From NCBI GenBank assembly GCA_037446215.1, contig JBBIJB010000013.1:28847-42473 (forward strand): 13,627 bases of DNA, in the 5' to 3' direction. The DNA is from Armatimonadota bacterium. GTDB lineage: Bacteria > Sysuimicrobiota > Sysuimicrobiia > Sysuimicrobiales > Humicultoraceae. The translations under genes and the position numbers were made by a program. The notes beneath the pieces were generated by a model that was not told where the DNA came from, ran no database searches, and saw only the letters and a program-made list of their open reading frames with translations. Below, piece by piece: positions 7,919 to 13,627 of the stretch (within the stretch, counting starts at the first letter, position 1; every line of letters begins with the position of its first letter).

Positions 7919-8203
7919 TCAGCGCGACGGGCGGGGGAATCCCTCCAGATACCGGCGCGCACCCTCGATCCGCCCGCGCAGGCGCTCCTCCCATCCGTCG
8001 CCGTCGATGTCGGCGGCGGGCACGAAGAACAGGGCGCGGGCCTCGCCCAGGACGAGCGTGCAGGAGATCCCCGCAAACGGCGCATCGTACCAGAAGACGG
8101 AGGCGGGGTCCACGTTCAGGAGGGGGTCCAGCCGACGGGCGGCGTCGCGCAGGCGGACGCGGGCTTCTGGCGGGGACAGCGGCTCCGGCGCGGAAGCGGT
8201 CAT
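7919..8203 (-). CDS. Hypothetical protein (94 aa), first gene of the minus-strand operon
   Basis: ATG start; fills the gap between the MBL gene and the divergent promoter; helix-strand-like pattern (RLRDAARRLD, SVFWYD, ISCTLVLG, ALFFVP, WEERLRGRIE). No family recognised. Confidence 0.6.
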   Translation of the reverse strand: MTASAPEPLSPPEARVRLRDAARRLDPLLNVDPASVFWYDAPFAGISCTLVLGEARALFFVPAADIDGDGWEERLRGRIEGARRYLEGFPRPSR

Positions 8204-8211
8204 GGCTCCAT

Positions 8212-8218
8212 TATTCTA
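8212..8218. promoter_or_regulatory. Candidate bidirectional promoter with overlapping -10 hexamers
   Basis: TATTCT on + (8212-8217) and TAGAAT on - (8218-8213) form the only AT-rich patch in the 59-nt gap between divergent operons. No good -35 box on either side. Confidence 0.5.
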
Positions 8219-8262
8219 GCGCGGTACGGGCCCGTCCTGTACCCGGGGCGCGAGGTGACGCG

Positions 8263-9042
8263 GTGGCGGCAGGCAGCGAGCTTCCGATCGGTGAGACGGA
8301 TCGGGCAGAGCCCGCCACCACCGGGAGGCCGGTCCATGCCGCGCTCGCCCCCCTGCGCGGCGGGCTGATCGTCTCCTGCCAGGCACGGCCCGACAACCCG
8401 CTTCACGGCCCGCTCCACATGGCCGCGATGGCGCGGGCGGCCGAGGCGGGAGGCGCGGTCGGCCTGCGCATGAACGGGCCGGACGACATACGCGCGGCCC
8501 GCGAGGCGACCGCGCTGCCCGTGTTCGGAATCTACAAGCGGCAGTACGAGGGCTTCCCGGTCGTTATCACCCCCACCTTCGCCGAGGCCCTCGCGGTGGC
8601 CGAGGCGGGCGCCTCGGTGGTGGTGCTCGACGCGACCTCCCGGCCCAGGCCCAATCGGGAGAGCTTCGCGGGGCTCGCGGCGCGCATCCGCGGAGAGCTC
8701 GGGCTGCCGGTGATGGCGGACGTCTCGTCGCTGGAAGAGGGCCTCGCCGCGGAGGCCGCCGGCGCCGACGCCGTGGCCACCACGCTCTCCGGCTACGTGG
8801 ACCCAGCTGTACCGCCGCCCGCTGAGCCCGACCTCGACCTGGTCGCGGCCCTTGCCGGGCTGCTCCGCGCCCCCGTGGTGGCCGAGGGGCGGCTGAACAC
8901 CCCGGCCCTCGCCCGCGCGGCGCTCGAGGCCGGCGCCTTCGCGGTGGTGGTCGGGACCGCGATCACGAACCCCCGCGAGATCACGCGGCGCTTCGCGGAG
9001 GAGATCGCCCCTTTGCGCACGACAGGGGTCGCGTACCGTTGA
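8263..9042 (+). CDS. nanE: N-acetylmannosamine-6-phosphate 2-epimerase (about 259 aa)
   Basis: GLIVSCQA, 'MARAAEAGGAVGLR', 'PVFGIYKR' (catalytic Lys position), VITPT, DATSRPRP, MADVS, TTLSGY, VAEGR.NTP, AVVVGTAITNP. GTG 8263 is preceded by GAGGTG; the exact start is uncertain. Confidence 0.92.
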   Translation: MAAGSELPIGETDRAEPATTGRPVHAALAPLRGGLIVSCQARPDNPLHGPLHMAAMARAAEAGGAVGLRMNGPDDIRAAREATALPVFGIYKRQYEGFPVVITPTFAEALAVAEAGASVVVLDATSRPRPNRESFAGLAARIRGELGLPVMADVSSLEEGLAAEAAGADAVATTLSGYVDPAVPPPAEPDLDLVAALAGLLRAPVVAEGRLNTPALARAALEAGAFAVVVGTAITNPREITRRFAEEIAPLRTTGVAYR

Positions 9043-9917
9043 CGGTGGGCATGGGCGACCGAGGCCCGCGCGTCGCGGAGCTGCAGCGGGCGCTGCTGCG
9101 CCTGGGATACTACGGGATCAGGTTCGCGATAGACGGCGAGTTCGGCCGCAACACGCTGGGCGCGGTGCTGGCCTGCAAGCACGACCTGGTGAGGGGCTAC
9201 GGCGTGCCTCCCGAGGAGCTCGGGTACGACCCCGCGCACGCCGTGGCCTCCGGCCGCCTGACCGGGGAGTTCGGCCGGTGCATCGAGGCGCTGCTCGAGC
9301 ATGGGGCGCTGCGCGGCCGCCGCGCGTGGCTGCTGCCCTCGAGGGCACAGGTCGCCGACGCCGGGATCGGCATCGCCGGCTGCGCCGAGGAGGAGGCCCT
9401 CGCGGCGGGTGCGCCGCCGCGGCTGTTCGGGGAGATCCTCGCGGTCGAGAGCGGCGCGAGCCACTTCGACGGGGACGGCTACGTGAAGTTCAACGTGGAC
9501 TGGCTCGGCCGGACCTACGGGCAGGTGGTGAACTTCGCGCCCGACGCCTCCCGGGAGCCGTGGGTGCGCTCGCGGGGCTGGGGGCTGTCCCAGTACACCC
9601 CCTACCGGATCGCGGCCCTGCCCCGGCCGATGCCGGACTACATCCTCTCTGTGCGCTCGAACATCCGGGCGGCGGCCCGCCTCTTCGTGGGGAAGTTCCG
9701 CTCGGCGACGCTGGGCCGCCCCTGCTCACACCCGTCCGGCGGAGCGGGCGGGCCCGACTGCGGGGAGTGCCTGCGCGGGCGGGGGTTCGACCCGGCCGCC
9801 TACAGCGACGGCCACCAGCAGCCCTGCTCGTGGCTGAAGGCGGTCTGGGCGTACAATGGGCTCTCCCGGGCAGGCAAGAAGTATATGGAGAGGGTGGCGC
9901 TGAATATACTACGCTAG
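9039..9917 (+). CDS. Peptidoglycan-binding domain plus lysozyme-like (SLT/lytic transglycosylase-type) domain protein
   Basis: N-terminal 'GDRGPRVAELQRALLRLGY....DGEFGRNTLGAV' matches PG_binding_1. The C-terminal SLT-like motifs occur in order: 'ILAVES' (E137), 'GWGLSQ' (GLMQ-like), 'NIRAAARLF', 'AVWAYNG', 'YMERV'. TTG start overlaps the nanE stop (TTGA); alternative ATG at 9051. Confidence 0.78.
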   Translation: MTVGMGDRGPRVAELQRALLRLGYYGIRFAIDGEFGRNTLGAVLACKHDLVRGYGVPPEELGYDPAHAVASGRLTGEFGRCIEALLEHGALRGRRAWLLPSRAQVADAGIGIAGCAEEEALAAGAPPRLFGEILAVESGASHFDGDGYVKFNVDWLGRTYGQVVNFAPDASREPWVRSRGWGLSQYTPYRIAALPRPMPDYILSVRSNIRAAARLFVGKFRSATLGRPCSHPSGGAGGPDCGECLRGRGFDPAAYSDGHQQPCSWLKAVWAYNGLSRAGKKYMERVALNILR

Positions 9918-10002
9918 ACGTGACAGCACGCTCCGCGAGCGCTCGGGCCGGGTGAGAGGGGCCTGGCGCCCTGCCCTTGCGAAGCGCGGAGGTCACGACT
10001 AG
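9914..10002 (+). other. Long imperfect stem-loop spanning the intergenic region upstream of the ABC solute-binding gene
   Basis: CTAGACGTGAC (9914-9924) pairs with GTCACGACTAG (9992-10002) at 10/11 positions, CTCCGCG (9931-9937) pairs with CGCGGAG (9985-9991), and an inner hairpin GCCGGG/CCTGGC forms at 9947-9967. Confidence 0.55.
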
Positions 10003-10016
10003 GGGAGGTAGAGAGT

Positions 10017-11273
10017 ATGAGTCGGAGAGTCGTCGCACTTCTCACGGTGGTTCTCCTGGTGATGGCCGTGCTGCCTCCGGCGGCGCGGAGCCAGGAGCCG
10101 GTCAAGCTGACCTTCTGGAGTTGGCGGACCGAGGACAAGTGGGCCTACGACCGGATGATCCGGCTGTTCCAGTCGCGCAACCCGGGCATCAGGGTCGAGT
10201 TCATCCCGTTCCGGCCCACCGAGTACAACACGATACTCTCGTCCGGGCTGACCGCCGGCAAGGGCCCGGACATCATCCACCTGCGCGCCTACGGCGGGCT
10301 GGAGACCTTCTCCGCGGCGGGGCACATCGCCCCGTTGGACTTCGACCGCGTGCCCGAGCTCAGGCGGTTCTCGCTGCAGACGCTGACCGGGGCGCGCGGC
10401 CGCAAGGACGGCAAGCTCTATGGCGTGCCGTTCGCGACGCAGACGCTGGTCGTCTTCTACAACAAGAAGATCCTGGCCCAGCACAACCTCTCGCTGCCGA
10501 AGAGCTGGAACGAGTTCCTCGGCGTGCTGAAGTCGCTGAAGGACAGGGGCGTGACGCCGCTCGCCAATGGGGCCAAGGAGGGCTGGACGCTGGAGGTGCT
10601 CTCAGGGGTCGTCGCGCCGAACTTCTACGGCGGCAGCACCTTCTTCGAGGCCGTGACCCGCGGCCAGACGACCTTCCGCGACCCCACCTACACCAACGCC
10701 ATCGCTAAGATGCTCGACCTGCGGCCGTACATGGCAACCGGCTTCATGGGCGTGGACTACGCGACGATGCAGCAGTTGTTCATAAACGAGCAGGCGGCGA
10801 TGTTCATCGGCGGCTCCTGGGAGATCGGCTTCTTCAGGCAGCAGAACAAGAACCTCGACTTCGATGTCTTCGCGCTGCCCGCGGAGCGGGCCGACCAGGC
10901 CCCCTGGGTCTCCTCGTTCGCCGACGGCAACTACGGCATCAACGCCAAGACGCCCCACATGGATGCGGCGCTCAAGTTCATCCGGTTCACGGCGACGACC
11001 GAGTTCGGCCAGATGTTCACCGACCTCCTGTCGCAGACCTCGGCGGTGCCGGGCGTGGTGATAAAGGACCCGGTCCTCAAGAACGTGCAGTCGATGAACC
11101 GCAAGGCGACGCCCTACATCATGCTGGTCGGATTCCGCTGGCAGGCGCCTACGGGATCCACGCTGTTGCAGAGCGCGCTGCAGGCGATGATGGCCGGCAC
11201 GATGACGCCCGCGCAGGTGGGCGAAGAGGTGACCCGCGGCCTGAGCGCCTGGGTCGAATCGTTCAGGCGGTAG
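10017..11273 (+). CDS. Carbohydrate ABC transporter extracellular solute-binding protein (CUT1, SBP family 1)
   Basis: Signal peptide (MSRR-hydrophobic-PPAARS/Q) with no lipobox Cys; 'LTFWSW', 'GKGPDII', 'DGKLYGVPF..QTLVVFYNKKI', 'PKSWNEF', 'AAMFIGGSW', 'AALKFIRF'; GGGGAGG RBS. Confidence 0.95.
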   Translation: MSRRVVALLTVVLLVMAVLPPAARSQEPVKLTFWSWRTEDKWAYDRMIRLFQSRNPGIRVEFIPFRPTEYNTILSSGLTAGKGPDIIHLRAYGGLETFSAAGHIAPLDFDRVPELRRFSLQTLTGARGRKDGKLYGVPFATQTLVVFYNKKILAQHNLSLPKSWNEFLGVLKSLKDRGVTPLANGAKEGWTLEVLSGVVAPNFYGGSTFFEAVTRGQTTFRDPTYTNAIAKMLDLRPYMATGFMGVDYATMQQLFINEQAAMFIGGSWEIGFFRQQNKNLDFDVFALPAERADQAPWVSSFADGNYGINAKTPHMDAALKFIRFTATTEFGQMFTDLLSQTSAVPGVVIKDPVLKNVQSMNRKATPYIMLVGFRWQAPTGSTLLQSALQAMMAGTMTPAQVGEEVTRGLSAWVESFRR

Positions 11274-11283
11274 TCACCTGAGC

Positions 11284-12195
11284 GTGCGAGCGAGCCGGCG
11301 CCTGTGGCTGGCGTTCTTCCTGGCGCCGGCGACGCTCCTCTTTGCCGTCTTCGTCACCTACCCGATCTTCTCCGCGCTCGCCTACAGCCTCTACGAGTGG
11401 GAGGGGATAGCCAGGCGCGGCTTCATCGGGCTCGGGAACTTCGTCCGGTTGTTCCAGACCTTCCCCTATCCGCGGCTGCTCGGAAACGCATTCTGGCACA
11501 ACGTCGTCGTCTTCGCCCTCACGATGCTGATCCAGAACGTCGCCGGGCTCGCCTTCGCGCTGATCCTGTCGCGCGGGCCGAGGGGCGCCCGCGTCTACAG
11601 GGTGATCTACTTCCTGCCGGTGACGCTCTCCCTGGTCATCGTGGGCTTCATGTGGGCGCTGTTCCTCAACCCGGTCTTCGGCGTGGTGAACAAAGGGCTG
11701 GCGGCGGTGGGGCTGGGGGCGCTGGCGCGGCCCTGGCTGGGTGATCCGCAGACCGCCCTGATTACGCTGACGCTGATAAACGCCTGGCGGTGGGTCGGGT
11801 TCCCGACGCTCGTCTTCCTGGCGGGCATCAACGCGATACCCGACGAGTACCTGGAGGCCGCGCGGATCGACGGCGCGAGCGAGTGGCAGGCAACCCGCAA
11901 CGTGATCTTCCCGCTGCTGGCGCCCGCGTTCACCATCATCGTGACCCTTACCTTCATCGGCTCGTTCAACTGGTTCGAGCTGCCCTACGTCGTCCAAGGC
12001 CTCTCGGGGCCGCCCAACCGCGCGACCGACGTGCTGGGGCTGCTGTTCTACCGCACGGCCTTCGGCGAGGTCGACACCGGGCTCCAGGACATCGGCGTCG
12101 GGTCGGCGATCGCGGTGCTGATGTTCATCGTGATGGTGGCGGTCTCGACCTTCGGCGCGCTCTACCTCAGGCGGCGGGAGGTGGAGGTCGCGTGA
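11284..12195 (+). CDS. Carbohydrate ABC transporter permease (MalF/UgpA-like)
   Basis: 'FIGLGNF', 'YRVIYFLP', 'WLGDP', EAA motif 'LEAARIDGASEWQ', multiple TM helices. Confidence 0.96.
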   Translation: MRASRRLWLAFFLAPATLLFAVFVTYPIFSALAYSLYEWEGIARRGFIGLGNFVRLFQTFPYPRLLGNAFWHNVVVFALTMLIQNVAGLAFALILSRGPRGARVYRVIYFLPVTLSLVIVGFMWALFLNPVFGVVNKGLAAVGLGALARPWLGDPQTALITLTLINAWRWVGFPTLVFLAGINAIPDEYLEAARIDGASEWQATRNVIFPLLAPAFTIIVTLTFIGSFNWFELPYVVQGLSGPPNRATDVLGLLFYRTAFGEVDTGLQDIGVGSAIAVLMFIVMVAVSTFGALYLRRREVEVA

Positions 12196-13037
12196 GCGCG
12201 CGGGACAGGCGGCGGCCGCGGAGCCCCTGGGGGCCGCTCGTCCAGGTGCTGCTCGTGGCCAACGCCGTGCTCGTGCTGGCGCCGATCCTGCTGATGTGCC
12301 TTTCGGCGTTCAAGACGACGCGCGAGATATTCCAGAACCCGTTCGCCCTTCCCGCCGTGTGGAGCCTGGACAACTTCGCCAAGGTCTGGGTGGAGGCCAG
12401 GTTCGGCCAGTACTTCCAGAACAGCGTGATCGTCACCGCCGCCTCCGCCGCCATCCTTGTCGCCTTCGGGGCGATGGCGAGCTACGCGCTCGGCAGGTTC
12501 CAGTTCCGGGGCAACGACCTGCTATACGTCTACTTCCTCAGCGGGCTGCTGCTGCCTATCCGGCTCGCCATCATCCCGCTGTTCATCCTGATGCGCAACC
12601 TCGGGCTGCTGGACTCGCTCTGGTCGCTCATACTCATCTACGCCGCCTCCGGGCTGCCCAGCGCGGTCTTCATACTCACCGGCTTCTTCAGGACGCTTCC
12701 TGCCGACCTCGACAGCGCCGCGCGGATAGACGGGGCGGGCGAGTGGGCGATCTTCACCAGGGTGATGCTGCCGCTGGTCCGGCCGGCGCTGGTGATCGTC
12801 ACGATCTACAACATCATCCCGATATGGAACGACTTCTTCTTCCCGCTGGTCTTCATCAAGTCCGAGCACCTGAAGACGCTGCCGCTCGGGATGACGACCT
12901 TCTTCGGCCAGTACTACACCGACTTCGCGGCGCTGTTCGCCGGGCTGACGCTGGCGGCGGTCCCTGTGGTGGTCCTCTACGTGGTACTATCTCAGCACTT
13001 CATCCGCGGCCTTACCGCGGGCGCGGTCAAGGGATAG
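12192..13037 (+). CDS. Carbohydrate ABC transporter permease (MalG/UgpE-like), 281 aa
   Basis: GTG 12192 overlaps the upstream stop (GTGA) with a GGAGG RBS; 'YFQNSVIVT', 'ASYALGRFQFRG', EAA-like 'DSAARIDGAG', 'WNDFFFPL', C-terminal 'FIRGLTAGAVKG'. Confidence 0.96.
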   Translation: MSARDRRRPRSPWGPLVQVLLVANAVLVLAPILLMCLSAFKTTREIFQNPFALPAVWSLDNFAKVWVEARFGQYFQNSVIVTAASAAILVAFGAMASYALGRFQFRGNDLLYVYFLSGLLLPIRLAIIPLFILMRNLGLLDSLWSLILIYAASGLPSAVFILTGFFRTLPADLDSAARIDGAGEWAIFTRVMLPLVRPALVIVTIYNIIPIWNDFFFPLVFIKSEHLKTLPLGMTTFFGQYYTDFAALFAGLTLAAVPVVVLYVVLSQHFIRGLTAGAVKG

Positions 13038-13069
13038 GAACGAGACGAGCAGACCAGGGAGGGTTCATC

Positions 13070-13627
13070 GTGCGAATCTACATCTCGGTGGACATGGAAG
13101 GCATAACCGGTGTGGCAACGGGTAAGCACGTCCTGCCCGGCGAGAAGGACTACGAGCGGTTCCGCAAGATGATGACCCTGGACGTGAACGCCGCGGTCGA
13201 GGGCGCGCTCGAGGCGGGCGCGACCGACGTGGTGGTCAGCGACGGCCACGGCCCGATGACCAACCTGCTGATCGAGGAGATCAACCCGGCGGCCCGCCTG
13301 CTGAGCGGCAGCAACAAGCTGCTCGGCCAGATGGAGGGCGTTGACGGCGGCTTCGACGCGGCGTTCCTCGTCGGCTACCACCAGCGGGAGGGCGGCGGGG
13401 ATGGGATCCTCAACCACACGCTGATAGGGAAGATCGTCTACGAGATCCGGGTGAACGGCGCGCCCGCGGACGAGGCCGCGATCAACGCGGGGATCGCGGG
13501 CGCCTTCGGGGTGCCGGTCGCGCTGGTGACCGGCGACAGCTCCGTTACCGCGGAGGCCGAGGCGCTGATCCCCGGCGTCGTCGTGGCGCCGGTCAAGGAG
13601 GCGTACGACCGCTACGTCGGGCTCTGC
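13070..13627 (+). CDS. dppA: M55-family D-aminopeptidase (Bacillus DppA-type), 3'-truncated by the window end
   Basis: Not in the ORF track because it has no stop in the window. Hand translation from GTG 13070 gives MRIYISVDMEGITGV...SDGHGPMTNL...QMEGVD...FLVGYH...ILNHT...DEAAINA...VPVALVTGD, with expected Zn ligands D8, E10, H60, H104 and E135. GGGAGG RBS at 13057-13062. Confidence 0.93.
   Translation, partial: MRIYISVDMEGITGVATGKHVLPGEKDYERFRKMMTLDVNAAVEGALEAGATDVVVSDGHGPMTNLLIEEINPAARLLSGSNKLLGQMEGVDGGFDAAFLVGYHQREGGGDGILNHTLIGKIVYEIRVNGAPADEAAINAGIAGAFGVPVALVTGDSSVTAEAEALIPGVVVAPVKEAYDRYVGLC

Noticed and set aside
8200..8211. Mini-ORF ATG-GAG-CCA-TGA overlapping the start of the 94-aa gene (- strand)
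   Set aside because: Its ATG is 1 nt from the putative -10 box, so it would lie upstream of the predicted transcription start. There is no independent support.
6964..8262. 692-aa ORF suggesting a NanE fusion
   Set aside because: The upstream part is antisense to the hydrolase genes and low in complexity. NanE has its own RBS and GTG at 8263.
9964..9980. TGGCGC...TTGC resembling a sigma54 promoter
   Set aside because: The GG-to-GC spacing is 12 nt, whereas sigma54 requires 10.
10017..13037. ABC importer lacking an ATPase gene
   Set aside because: Normal for CUT1 systems that share an MsmX/MalK ATPase; the gene could also lie beyond the window.
1..13627. CRISPR arrays, tandem repeats, tRNA/rRNA, IS or prophage elements
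   Set aside because: None seen by eye. Intergenic gaps are all about 120 nt or shorter, and there are no integrase, transposase or phage structural motifs.

Overview
High-GC (roughly 70%, judged by eye) bacterial chromosomal window with no phage, transposase, CRISPR or RNA-gene signal. It holds three blocks. (1) + strand: a NeuD/PglD-type sugar acetyltransferase, then an FtsB/DivIC septum initiator and a YabR-like S1 RNA-binding protein with its own near-consensus sigma70 promoter. (2) - strand: a tightly packed operon of a small hypothetical, an MBL-fold hydrolase, an alpha/beta hydrolase, a lone pxpA, a heterodimeric ABC exporter and a small acidic hypothetical. (3) + strand, divergent from block 2: nanE, a peptidoglycan-binding-domain/lytic-transglycosylase-like protein with no signal peptide and a Cys/His-rich insert, a carbohydrate ABC importer (binding protein plus 2 permeases), and an M55 DppA-type D-aminopeptidase that is truncated at the window end and absent from the ORF track. 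Block 3 is the most interesting: it reads like a possibly undescribed cell-wall fragment or amino-sugar scavenging pathway, with a structured intergenic RNA ahead of the transporter. Blocks 2 and 3 appear to share a bidirectional promoter with overlapping -10 boxes. All calls come from motif recognition only; no searches were run.
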